From: Camelus dromedarius
Lineage: Eukaryota
Direction: 5' to 3'
Assembly: GCF_036321535.1 (NCBI RefSeq)
Contig: NC_087437.1
Location: 115,818,001 to 115,882,000 of the forward strand
DNA: 64,000 nucleotides
The translations under genes were made by a program, and so were the position numbers. A model generated the notes under the pieces. It was not told the origin of the DNA. It did no database searches and saw only the letters and a program-made list of their open reading frames with translations. Every line of letters begins with the position of its first letter. Position 1 is the stretch's first letter. Shown here in pieces: positions 21,985 to 33,819 of this stretch.

Positions 21985-24679
21985 TGGATAAGGAGTCTTC
22001 CCTGCAAGGAGGTCTTCTGGGATCTCAACAAGACAGAACATTCCAACTCTCTAGTGCCACTTGCTTGAGCAAAATGAAACTGCCTTTTTAAGAAACCATG
22101 AGAATGCTGAATGAGTAGGAGGCCTTTAATCAGGGATATTCTACCATCCTAGTTTGTGAGCAGAGCACAGAACTTGTCATGATAGCTTGAAGCCTGTGGT
22201 TTGGATGGATGTGTCTTTCCAATGCTCTGCCATTTGTAAGCACCCAGAAATGTCACTTTGTTGAATAAATAAATGAAAATGTGAAGTGAAAGAAGAAACA
22301 CACTGTGTCTTTATCTCCCGTGGTTCTAGCTTATCTGTTTTAAAACTGTGATGTAAGCAGACAGGACCAGGACTTGATGTCATCACACACCTTGGTGTAC
22401 TCATCTGTACAGTGGGTTGTGTGAGGTGCCATTGCTGCTGCACATGAAAGGGCTGTGCACACCAGGCGTCACAGGACACAGTGTGGGACACCCTGGTGGG
22501 ATGTGCCTTACCCCTAATTGTGGTACATTTCGGTACATTTCCGGCTTAGATGTTTGCGATGGTGGAGGAGAGGCTTGGATTCCTTCCTTCAGGATTGGGG
22601 CTGGTTGATTGCCCTTCCGGGGTTGTCCCTGGGGCTTTAGCCAGTCTCAGTGCTGGAGGCTGCAGGGTTGCCAGCCACAGGACTGGCGCGCATGGGCATG
22701 TGTGAGCAGTGGGGCTGTTGGGGTGGAAGCAGTTGAGGTATCTCAGGGCTTCAAATGTTCCTGGGGGACTGATGCTTCTCAGCAAGTAGCCAAGTGACAA
22801 ACCCAGCCAATTCTAAGGTGTGTTCACCACTGAGACATATAGGCTGCAGGTCTCCCTGAGAGATGAGTCTTAATTCTTCAAAGACCCGAATGTAAATCTA
22901 AGGAAAGAAGTTCATAACTGGCTTAGCTGGTTGAATGTCAAGATGAATAGAATTTTTTAATGCCATGGAAGGGACAGAGATTATGATAAAGAAGGAATAG
23001 TATCAAAAGGAACTTGGCTGACTTTTACAGTCCCTGGTTCCTTATTTCTGAGAGATCCATGTTCAATAGCATGATGAAAATAAAAAAAAAATACACAAAT
23101 ACACATGCAAAGGCCCTCAAAGAAGGCACGGAAAAGCAGAGCCCCAGGGATAGAAAGCTCTTTTCTGAGAATTTTTTCTTTGTTATCTAAGTCCTGCAAA
23201 TCTTCAAATGCTACCTACCTGAGAGCTTTTCATCTGTAGTTGAAAGTCTTTTTTTTTTTTTAAAGCAAACTGGAAGAGAAAGCAGAGAGAGACAAGATTT
23301 TCTTGAAAACACACACACTGGCTTTAGAGAGACACTGCGTGCACTTTGCTCCCCAGCTGCCCGTGGTTTAGAAGGTTTAGATGTTCATAACTGTGAGAAC
23401 TGCAGGGGCCTCTCTATTAGCCTTGGACCAGAAAGGCAGCCCAGCCACCTTGAGTTCCTGGTCATAGCAGGAGAAGCCATGTCAGGGTGAGGTGGGTGCT
23501 CCCCAGGGGCCTGACTTCACAGTGACAGGGACAGAGAGGACGTGGCGCAGGCCTGAGAGCTGAGTGGTTCCCTCCAGCCCTTCTCGTACTGCACCTGTCG
23601 GCCCTTGGTGGAGCCATCAACTTCTAGGGACTTCTGTGTCAGGTGAACACAGCCTGCAGGAGGCATGGACTGTCTGAAGTCTACTGAGTGGCTCTGAACG
23701 GCCACTTGGTAGAGACTGAGAAGGAAAGTAAATAGCCAGTGGAGCTGGTTGCATTGAGGTGCTTTTGAGTGGGAGCTCTTTCGGGTTCCCTGGTTGGATG
23801 CATGGCTTCCAGCTCCCTTGTTTGGAAACGGGGCTGGCGGCACAGCTCTGGAGACTGTGAGGATGGAGTGAGATGTGTTTGTCAGGCTCCCAGCTCTCAG
23901 CTCAGAGCCTGCTGGCCTCCTTTATGACCTGGGCAGAGCATCATTAAAGGTGAGCAAAAGTAGACAAACTGACTCAGGGGAAATAAACAACATGACAGAT
24001 AATCGTTCATTCCATGTCAGAAATGAAAGGCTGGCTATTGTTTTGTTATAAACAAGGGGAGCATGAGATGATCCCTTGAAAGGACGTGCAGTTCACAGAC
24101 CCTACTCTTGGAGAATGTGTCCTGGGAATAGGGCTGCCTTGGGGTCCTGGGAGACGACGGCTGATGCACAAGGCAACAGAGGCTCAGTCTGGGGTGGGGG
24201 GCTCCAGTCCTTGGAGCTGCACTGACATCTTTCTTTGTCCTCTGCTAGGGAGGACAGCCTACTGGCACCTGCCACTTCTGCCCTGTTTTGTGGCCATAAC
24301 TAGTGTAACGCGCCCAAGGGGAATGTCTAGCCCACCCTGAGTGCTCGATTACAGCACGATAATCTCCTTTCTTGTCAAACCAATCACTCCATGTTATAAA
24401 AAGAGAAAAATGACCTTGGCTTGTGTGAAGTCTCACATCTGGCAGCTGGCGGGCTTGAGCCCAGGTGGCCTGACCTGACGTCCAATTCTATCGCAAAACG
24501 TTTCCCTGGAAGATGACTCCCGCTTAAAACAGCAACAGCAAGGAGGCTTCAGAATCCTGGGGACTGGGATGAGATCAGGCTTTGATCCCGTACCCCTGCA
24601 GCTGTTGTGGGAGAAGTACCCATGTGCCAGGTGCTGTAAATACTACCTCCTTCTTCAGTTCTTGAAACAAGAGTGTGCA

Positions 24680-24875
24680 CAGCGGCAGGCAGCTAAACCG
24701 ACTCTGCCGAGGGGGGTGGAGAGAAGCCCTGATGGGTAGCGCTTGCCGGTTTCTGTGGTGGAAGTGCTCTCAGCACTGCTGACTGCAGGCTTAGCAGCAG
24801 CTTCATAGCCAGTTCACGAAACCCCTGAGTATTTACCAGGCAGATCTCATGAACCAGAGGAACGGCTCAAGCACG
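24680..24875 (-). mobile_element. MER63A-like hAT MITE
   Basis: gtagcgcttgccggtttctgtggtggaagtgctctc...agccagttcacgaaacccctgagtatttacca...ggctcaagcac. Confidence 0.6.
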
Positions 24876-24899
24876 TTTGAGGTAAGTAAGGGATTTTAC

Positions 24900-25005
24900 A
24901 GACGTAGGAGGTTAAGTGTTAGAGATTTTATAGGTGAGGAAATTGAGGCTTAGAGGTCACCTGGCCTCTAACTGGGAGTTGGCAAGAGCCGAACCCCTGT
25001 CTGAG
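24900..25005 (-). mobile_element. MIR remnant
   Basis: attttataggtgaggaaattgaggcttagaggt. Confidence 0.6.
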
Positions 25006-25562
25006 CCTTCTTCTTCACTGCCTCCTGGCCCTGTCTGACCCTCAGCCCAGTGATGGGCTGTCCACGCTCCAGGCTGGGGAGGAGCCTGTCTCTCAGTTCA
25101 GCTTCCTGCTGCCTCAGGTCAGGTGGGGCCAGTGGCCTTGGAGAGCTGACTTGTTTCTAGTCACACCCCTCAGCCCGTAGCTTGCCTCCCTTTGCTCCTC
25201 TTTGCCGCCTCTAAGCAAGCTTGTTGCTAGCGCCTGTGTCTTGTCCTCAATGCCCTTGACCTCTCCTGGTGCCCTCGCCCTCCTTTCACTTCTCTCTAAT
25301 GAGCCGCTTTGCGACAAGTGGTGAGATTGCACCAAGCGGCAGGAACTTTGAGAGCCTGGAAATAAAGTCAGAGGGAACAGTGCCCCCAGGAAGTCAGGTG
25401 AGATGCTGCCTCTCCATCCGCATTCCAGCAGTGCTCACCCTTGCTCCCCGGCCCCAGGTCCCCTGGCCTCGGCGATATTCCAGCGCTCCCCAGGGTCCTT
25501 CTCTCCGCAGGACCCTTGAGCTCTGTCTACCTGGAGTGCCCGTCCCTTGGCTCTTCCCGTTA

Positions 25563-26055
25563 AAGACATACCTTGTTTCATTGCACTTCGCAGGTATTGT
25601 GTTTTTTTAAAGAATGGGAAGTTTGTGGCAACCCTGCTCTGAGCAAGTCAGTCGGCACCACTTTTTTTCCAACAGTAGCTGCTCACTTGGGGCGTCTCTG
25701 CCACATTTGGTAATTCTTGCAGTATTGCAAACCTTGTCATTAGTCGTATATTTGTTATAATGGTCTGTGATCAGTGGTCTCTATGTCACCATTGCAAAAA
25801 GATCATGACTCCTTGAAGGATCAGATGATGGTCAGTATTTTTTTTTTGCAATAAATTATTTTTTAAATTAAGGTCTCTACCTTTTTTAAAAAAAAGACAT
25901 AATGATATGGCACATTTAATAGACTACAGCGAAGTGTAAATGTGATTTTTATATGCACTGAGAAACCAAAACATTTGTGTGGCTCACTTTATTGAAATAC
26001 TTGCTTTACTGCGCTGGTTTGGAACCAAACCCACAGTATCTCCAAGGTGCGCCTG
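25563..26055 (+). mobile_element. Internally deleted Tigger1 derivative (Tigger1a_Art-like MITE)
   Basis: The Tigger1 5' end (agacataccttgtttcattgc...tttgtggcaaccctgc...tctgtgatcagtg) joins directly to the 3' end (gcaaaaagatcatgactccttgaaggatcagatgat...cagtatctccaaggtgcgcctg); TIRs on both sides, with TA on the left flank. Confidence 0.88.
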
Positions 26056-26169
26056 TGTTGGCTGCTTCTTGTCCTTTGAAAATGTTCCCAAATCATCCCG
26101 TCCAAGTGATTTGCTTTTCTGGCCTTCTCCTTATAACACTCTATTTCTTTCCTTTCTGGCATTTATGTC

Positions 26170-26680
26170 GTCATTCTAATTCATTGACAATCCTCACTTC
26201 AAAAGGTGGATCCTAATTCCCCCCCCTTTTGAATGTGGGCTGGACTTAGTGATGCTCTTCTAATGAACAGAATGTGGCAGAAGAGGTGGCGATAGATCTT
26301 CTCATATTGGGTCATAAAAGGACAGCAGCTGCCGGGCTCTCTCTGTCCCAGATTGCTCTCCCTGAGGGGAGCCAGATGCCACGCTGTGAGGGTGCTCATG
26401 CAGCCCTGCGGGGACACTCACGTCTGGAGGGACTGGTGCCTCTCACCAACAGCGGCACCAAATTGCCAGGTGTATGCATGAGCCCCTGAGAAGCAGACCC
26501 TCCAGCCAGTTGAGCCTTGAGACGACACCAACCCCACCAACACCAGATAGAACCGAAAACAACCCTGAGCTTATCCTGCCCAGCCAAGCCAGACCCCACA
26601 TTCCCGGCTCAGAATAAACCCCGGAGATAGTGTTTCCCGCTGTTTCAAGCCACTAGGTTCTGCGGTGTTTGTTATGCACA
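26170..26680 (+). mobile_element. MaLR LTR (MLT1F-like)
   Basis: ttgaatgtgggctggacttagtga...aacagaatgtggcagaag...gggtcataaaagg...tgtttcaagccactaggttctgcggtgtttgttatgca. Confidence 0.85.
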
Positions 26681-27600
26681 TGCGTGTGTGATGTGTGTGT
26701 GCTCGTGTGCACATTTACACATGCTCACTGCTGAACTTTTCCCCCAGAGTCTGATACAGTTCCCCACAGTGGCCATAAAACAGCCCAGCAGTGTGCTCAG
26801 GACACACCCACAGGTTGAACTCTTTCAAGGAGACTCCCCTTTGCTCTAGAAAAGGGTCTGCCCGCAGCTGGGGCAGAGCAGGCACCCAGCTCTATCTTCT
26901 AGACCTCACCGTCCATGGCAAGAAGCCCTGCGACCCTCCTCCCCTCTGCATCCCCCCTCACCCAGAGGCCCCACGCAAAGAGCTGAGTATCTGATGGGAG
27001 CTTCAGTGAAAGTACAAAGCCCATCCAGTGTGGCTTCCCTGAGTTACTGGGGGTCCTTCTCAGCTTTGTGGTCCTGGCGTTGCTGCACTTAGCATCCCCA
27101 AGTGTGTTGCCCACCCAACCCCACCTTTCCAGTGGCTCCCTGCGTGGAGGCAGACACCTGGCCAATGGGCTGCAACTCATCAAAGGAACAGATCATGAAG
27201 CTTCCTGCCCAAGTTACTAGAAATTAAAAAATCTAAGGACCAAGCTGGCCACAGAGGCTCCAGTCCTTGGCTGATGGCCGGGCTGGGCCTGAGCCTTGGG
27301 GGTGGGGCAGGAAGTAGGCTCCTGCTCTGGGCGCTGCCCCTTGGCTGGGTGCAGAGCGTGCCCCTCGGGTGTGTGCCCTGAATGGGAGGCCACAAGGACC
27401 CCAGTGAGATCCACGCTTGTGTGTCAGCCACACCCACAGCTGTATGCACCTGCTGATAAGAGCTGAGAAGGTTTGTCACCAAGATGCGGCGTGGTGCCCC
27501 ACCACAGCCTTGGGCACCCTTGTGGGAAAGTGTGGAAAGAGCCATGCATGCTTGGGTCCTCGGGGCCCCATCTAGCTGCGTCTTATGGTTGGAGCTGCTC

Positions 27601-27775
27601 AGCTGTGGTCCTGGGCCCTGCCTGCACTTAAGGATCCTGGGGAGATTCTAAGAAATTCCAGCATCTAAGCCCCACCCCAAAGCAATTAAACTGGTCTCTG
27701 GGGCGAGGCCTGGGCAGGACCTGTCTGCAAAACTCCTCAGCTGTTTCTAACGGGCAGCCAGGGGTGAGAACCAGC
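27601..27775. mobile_element. MER5-like hAT-Charlie MITE
   Basis: cctggggagattctaagaaattccagcatctaagccccacccc...tctggggcgaggcctgggca...ttctaacgggcagccaggggtgagaacca. Confidence 0.7.
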
Positions 27776-28540
27776 AGCAGAGAAGAATGATGTTCACAAT
27801 TCATTTCAGCAGGGGATTCTTTCCTCCACCAGAATCTGCACAGAGGAAGTGAAACGGGCAGATGAGGACAGGGCTGCTCTGAATGACGTGTGCTCCCTGT
27901 GGTTCCCTGGGCTTCTGAGAAGTCCCGAGTCATCGAAAACCACTGATGAGTGGCATCCACTGATGGATCAGAATCATGAGAGAGGAATTTTCCAAAGTTC
28001 CTGGGAGAACACAAGGCTGGCCATCACCCACCCCTGGTTGTGTGCCTTTCCCGAGGGTCAGAGCCTGCTACCCCAACCCTGCCTGGCACTGCTACCTGCA
28101 GGAGGGGGCTTACGGACCCCTTCTCCTGACCCCCAGGGCTTGAAAGCCAGGGTGGAGGTTCAGGGAGTGATTCGCAAGGAAAACATCCTCTGGGCCTTTC
28201 TTATATCCTGCGCTTCTGCTGATCCCAGAGGGGCCGTAGAGCCCATCCCAACCCCCTGGCTGCTCTGCGAGGCTCAGGTATGCCAGGTGGGCAGGTGGCT
28301 CCATGTGTCATGAACTCCTTGCCAGGCTCACTCTTGAGACCTCCACCCACTGGCAGGGACTAAGAGGCCCCTACTCCTCCCTCAGTTCATCACACCCTGA
28401 ACTGGGGTGTGACTTGGGGGGATGGTGGAGCCCAGGGTGTTGGGCATGATCAAAGATGTGAAGTCTGGTCCCCTGCCCCTGTCCTGTGCTGTCCAGCCAG
28501 GCTGTCTACACGGGGTCTGCAGGGTGTGTGCGGGATGAAC

Positions 28541-29191
28541 ACAATCAGCACCCTCATCATGGAAGTTTCTCAAAAAACTAAAATAGAACTACCATATGAC
28601 CCTGGGTATTTGTCAGAAAAAACCAAAAACACTAGTTCAAAAAGTTACATGCATCCCAGCATATATATCCCATGCATCTCATAGCAGACCATTTCCAACT
28701 GCCAAGACATGGAAGCGATCTAAGCAACCATCAGCAGATGAATAGATAAAGGAGATGCGGTGTATGCATACAGTGGAATACTACTCAGTCATAAAAAAGA
28801 ATGAAAATTTGCCATTTGCAACAGCATGGATGGACTTGGATGGTATCATGTTAAGTGAAATAAGTCAGAGAAAGACAAATACTGTGTAATATCACTTATA
28901 TGTGAAATCTAAAAAACACAACAATGTAGTGAATATAACAACAAAAAAGTGTCCTCACCAATGTAAAGAACAGACAAGTAGTTACCAGTGGGCAGAGGGA
29001 AGGGGGAGGGGTAATATTGGAGTAGCTATTATGTATAAAATAAACCATAAGGGTATATTTATAACATAGGGAATATAGCCAATATTTTATAATAACTATA
29101 AATGGAGTATAACCTTTAGAAATTGTGAATCACTATATTGTACACCTGTAACTTACATAATGTTGTACATCAACGATAATTCAATAAAAAA
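28541..29191 (+). mobile_element. LINE-1 ORF2 end plus 3' UTR (L1MA9/artiodactyl-type)
   Basis: atggaagtttctcaaaaaactaaaatagaactaccatatgaccc...gatgaatagataaagg...catggatggacttgg...tgtgaatcactatattgtacacctgtaactt...ttcaataaaaaa. Confidence 0.92.
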
Positions 29192-30104
29192 TGAAGTTGC
29201 ATCATAGGTCAAATGCCACCTCTGGAAAAGGACAATCAACGCTATCTCTTTACGAAGACTATGGTGACTGAAGTTGAGGGTCTGTTGTCACAAGAGATGT
29301 CGCAGAAACAAGCACAGAAGCAATTGATGCCAAGGGACTTTCTCCTTGCAAAATAGCAGCTTGAGAAAGCGGGACCAAATGAACCATTAGCCGAGCATCT
29401 GGGAAGCATGACAGGTGACGGGGGATCAGGAGAAGAGGGAGACTTTAGCGTATGATGTTCAGAAGAAAATTCTGATGGAATTTGTTATTTTTCCCTGGGA
29501 CCTTCCAAAATGAGTTTCCAGGCAGACTGCTGGCTAGCTGTGTCTTCAAGGGTGAGCGTGTGCTTGGTCATCTCGTGATCTTCTAGTGCTCTGAGTGCTT
29601 CCATGACATGCCTCCACCCGGGGGGAGAGCTGGGGAGAAGGAAGTCAGGCAAATAAAGGAGAAGCGCTGCTCCGAGGTGCAGGCTGAGAGGCACCACAGG
29701 GAGTCACACCCCAGCCGCACCTTCTCACGGGGCAGAGCAGCGTTGTGCTGGAGCTTCCTCTACTGGCTTGTGAGAGCCTTTTGCCAAATTTTAGGTTTAT
29801 GAGCTAATTGTTCAACATGGCCGTTGTTAAAAATTAAATTATGTAAACTTGCAATTAGATTAATTATATTCAAGACAAAGGTGGTTAATACTCAAAAACT
29901 CATCACTTTCTTACTCACTGTACTGTGTCTGTGTTCCTGAGGTTGTTTAGGTCTGTTGTATCCGTGCAGTGGAAATACTCCATAACGGTGTTCATGAAGG
30001 CACTTTCATAGCTGAAAGTTGGCCAAGGTGGGAGTATTTATACCATGAAAGTTGTCAAACACAACCATCAAGGCTTAGTTTATTGTTTTGTTGACAATCA
30101 AGAT

Positions 30105-30317
30105 CAGTGGTAATGAACCAGGTGCGATTTTATTCCCAGGGGACATTGGGCAATGTCTTGGGACACTTTTGATGGTCACAGATGGGGGGTGGTGGTGCTT
30201 CTGGTGGGTAGCACCAGGAGTGCTGTTAAACATTTGATATATACGGGACAACCTCTACGACAAAGAACGATCAGATTCTCTAGTCTGAAACATCAGTAGT
30301 GAAGTTGAGAAATCCTG
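30105..30317 (+). mobile_element. MER20 hAT-Charlie element nested in MER63
   Basis: cagtgg...cccaggggacattgggcaatgtct...tgctgttaaacat...aagttgagaaatcctg, with an 8-bp TSD atcaagat/ctctagat. Confidence 0.85.
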
Positions 30318-30738
30318 CTCTAGATTTAAGAAAGGAATGGGGCATTGTTACTAATGCAGATTAAACTTTAGAATGTCTCATGTCTGTATCTGTTACCTTG
30401 TGAATACCACCATAAAACCCCTGAGATATTCTTCTAGTATCTGAAAACTATTATTTGATTCAGTAAAGCAGTTGTTCAAGGCATTGGTGAGTGAGTGAAG
30501 TTCTGATATGCATCTTCACCTTCTTTGTTTCACGAAATGAAGGTCTCAACCAACGTTCGTGTTGGAATGACACTCATTTGTCAATTGCAACCATAGGTTG
30601 GCTAAAGAAACAGGAGTTCAGCAAAGTTCCATTAAAACATTAGGCTATGTGGAATTTACAATAAAAATTACCACGTATATTATTATTTGTAAATTCCGTG
30701 CTATCCATCCTTTAGACCAGCACAGTTCATTATGAGCT

Positions 30739-30740
<2 letters not shown>

Positions 30741-30779
<39 letters not shown>
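30741..30779. repeat. (TG)19 microsatellite inside MER63
   Basis: Directly visible. Confidence 0.97.
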
Positions 30780-30781
<2 letters not shown>

Positions 30782-32445
30782 ACATTATTTTTCCTGGAGA
30801 GTCTGTTGATAAACAATTTACCAGCATACCATTGGTTAGAAGCTGCAAAGTTATCTGATGTTAAATGTAACACTCTCATCCTGTGCCCTAGGCAATGTAG
30901 TCATGAATTTTACATCTACAGAAAACACAGTGTAGTTCTGGGCAGCTATCTTCTGGGAGGGGTTAGGATAAAGATGAATACAAATGTGTGATTGTGCTGG
31001 ACCATGGATGGGGGGTGTAGGGTGCTTCTCCTGCAATGGGATCTGGGCCACTGAAAGCCTGCTTACCACCCCTTAGATACCCACTCCAGGGGCCTGTCTC
31101 CAGTGTTCGATATGAGCCCTTTAGGAGACAGTGGGCTGTCACTAGGCTAGAAAGGGATGGGTGCAGGGACAGAAGGCATGGGGGTGGGTAACACAGTGAC
31201 TGCCTCGGTTTTTGGCAGGATTTTGGTCACGCATTTAATCCATTAGCTCCCATCATAGTCCATTTGGAACAGAAGACAGAGGAAATGCAAACTGGCCCAG
31301 TAAACTTTGATGGCAGGAATGGGGTGGGAAGCTGTGGGTCTGAGAAGTCGACATGGGGCAGGGCACCCCCGAGACAGCTTGAGGAAGGTCCCCGGGAAGG
31401 GAAGGGGCACACTCTGCCTGTTTTTCAGTTGCACCAAAGTAAAGGAAGGCTGAATCTAGACAAATGGGGCACCACTGATGAGGCCACCATTGATATTCTG
31501 AGGGTCTTCCTGGCCCCTGTATGCCACATCTTAGCTCTGGAAACTCTGTGTATGAGATCAGAATCATTCTGAACCTCATATCTGGTAGCTCTAAGAATTG
31601 TGGGACACACATCTTTGTCCAGGTGAAAAGGAAGAGACCTGGGGGAATTTGAGTTGCCTTGTCCACATCCCAGAGAAATCCTAGGTGTGTGTCATCATTT
31701 GTGTTCCCAGGTTGGCTTTCAAATCCATGAATGACAGCACAGGATGGGGCAGAGTGTCAAAAAGAGAGTAGAGCTGTGGTGTGTACGATCCGCAAGGGAA
31801 CTTGGAACTCTTTAGTTCAAACCCTACCCTTCACAGAGAAGGAGGCAGCTGGAAGAAATGAGCGAATTGTTCTAGGGGAGGGGCTGGGGCTGCCAATCCT
31901 GCCCTCCCGCCACCTCCCAGCCAAGATGAGCGGGGTGAGTCGAGGGCAGAAAAGTTAGGAACCCCTATGAAAGAGATGGTGGTCAAAAGCTTTGTTTTTC
32001 CTCTCCCACCCAAATCCTGAAGTTGTCTTTTTGAAAAATTCTGAGATGAGGATTTAAAGTTCATTTTCTTTTTTCCCCTAGAAGAGTGGATTGGTTAAAC
32101 TTCAGCTTAAATTGGTGTTTGTATTTTATGTACCAAAGCTTGGGAAATGATCTGTACTTAGAGGGAGACCCAGAAGTCTGGAAGTCTGGGAAATCAGATG
32201 TGAGAACTGAAAACCATTTTAGAAATGTGGGTTTTCATGCAAATTATGATTCCACAGGACTTGGGTAAAATTTTTAAATTAAAATACTGTAGGTGGCTGT
32301 GTGTGGATTTTTTATTTTCAAGTGCCTGTATGAGTCATCGTGAGGTGTCTGATTTTTTATTCTCAGCCATATGTCAGCCTATTTGTCCTTCCTGAGCAGG
32401 TTGGTTAGTGGAGTTGATTCTCTGAGGCCGCCACATACAGGTCAC

Positions 32446-32549
32446 TGTGACACAGCGGTCAGGGACATCTTCGTGTGACGTGATGCTCAGGGCCGTCTGC
32501 TGTGTGATACGGCGGTCAGGGACACCTGGGACACTCAGGGAACCTTCTG
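32446..32549. repeat. Degenerate ~28-bp tandem repeat, about 3.5 units
   Basis: tgtgacacagcggtcagggacatcttcg / tgtgacgtgatgctcagggccgtctgctg / tgtgatacggcggtcagggacacctgg / gacactcagggaaccttctg. Confidence 0.75.
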
Positions 32550-33819
32550 AGGGGCCATGTGCTTTTATTTTGGCTTCTGAACATGCACACTGATAGCAAC
32601 ATCATAGGAAGACATCCCAGCTGGTTTAGGAGTTACTGTGCTTGTATCTCTAAGATTTCTGGCCATCCCTTATTCTTACCAAATGTATCAAACTAAAGGA
32701 AAAAGTAAGAAAGAAGAAAAATGGAAAAAATTGAGCAACCGAAATAAAACAGTTGGATCTACAAGTGGAAGGTGGAGCTGGAGCCACACAGCGCACAGAG
32801 GCAGGAGCCGTCCCAGTTGTCCCGCTGTCCCGCAGAGGTGGGGACAGCTCTTCATGATGTGCCACAGACCTACGAGTTTGTCGCACTTGATTTATTTAAG
32901 GTGCATACACTCTTTGATTTTGGTATTGCCTCCAGCAAGCACAGGAGGCAACAGCGCAGAACGGCCCCAGGGCTTTGAGTGCGCAGTTGGCCTGAAATTC
33001 ATGCACAGGACTGTGGAAACGTGTTTGGGGGAAGCCCAGCTATTTTCTCAAGGTGGATCCACAGCTCTGGTGGGAGTTTACCTGGATGCAGGTGTAATAG
33101 TTACGAGGAAATATCAGCCTTGATGAATCAGCCTGAGGAAGTCTGTCCTAGGAGGTGATGGTGAATGCTGCATAGATGGTCACTGATTCAGCCTCATTCT
33201 GGTTAAAGGCTTTGTTCAGCTCTTCAGCTCTGGGCTCTGGTTTCCTTAACACAATTGATGTAATTACTTCTGTGGGAACTGGGGTCATCAGAGCCTGACA
33301 GAGAGCACAACGCTTGGATTGTTCCGAGGTCAGACCAATGCTGACCAGCTCACAGATGGGTGAAGTGGCCTCGCAGGGCAAAGGGTGATGTGAGGTGGTG
33401 TGAGGGTTGGGCTGAGGTCAAGCTGATGTCAGTTTGGACAGCCCTGCATGTAAAAGTTCCCTAAGAGCTCATGTGATGTTAAGGATGAAAACTGAATCTC
33501 TGCTCTTCCTGAAAATGTAGAGTTTCGGGCAAAATGTGCTAATCTCTGTGCCTGCCTCTGACCATCAGTGCACACCCTCTCAGATACACTTACTTCCTTG
33601 TTTTCAGTTTCAGACAGTTGTCGGTTTTCTTAGTTGAGGAAAACTTAAGACCTGATTCGGTCCTGTTCTCAATTTTTTTTTATAGCAGAACATTTTTATT
33701 TTTCAAACACAACCTTACAGAGAAACCCAGTGTTTGTAATCGTATCTCTGTATGAGTGTCTCTGATGCCATGGTGGCTCACCTAGAATCTGACCCCTTAC
33801 CTCTCCTTTCCTCCTGAGA

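Larger units (their letters stand above)
29738..30834 (+). mobile_element. Long MER63 (C/D-like) hAT-Blackjack element with both TIRs
   Basis: Left CAGCGTTGTGCTGG and right CCAGCATACCATTG are imperfect inverted repeats; internal ttaaaaattaaattatgtaaactt...ctcaaaaactcatcacttt...caattgcaaccataggttggcta match MER63. Confidence 0.85.

Noticed and set aside
21699..22091. Lys/Glu/Arg-rich and Phe/Leu/Ser-rich ORFs
   Set aside because: These are translations of the (TTTC)n microsatellite.
32060..32270. + strand exon after a strong acceptor (ttttctttttccccctag)
   Set aside because: No recognisable peptide follows and the downstream donor is weak.
32446..32549. CRISPR-like array
   Set aside because: The context is eukaryotic, the units are adjacent and diverged without unique spacers, and there are no cas genes.
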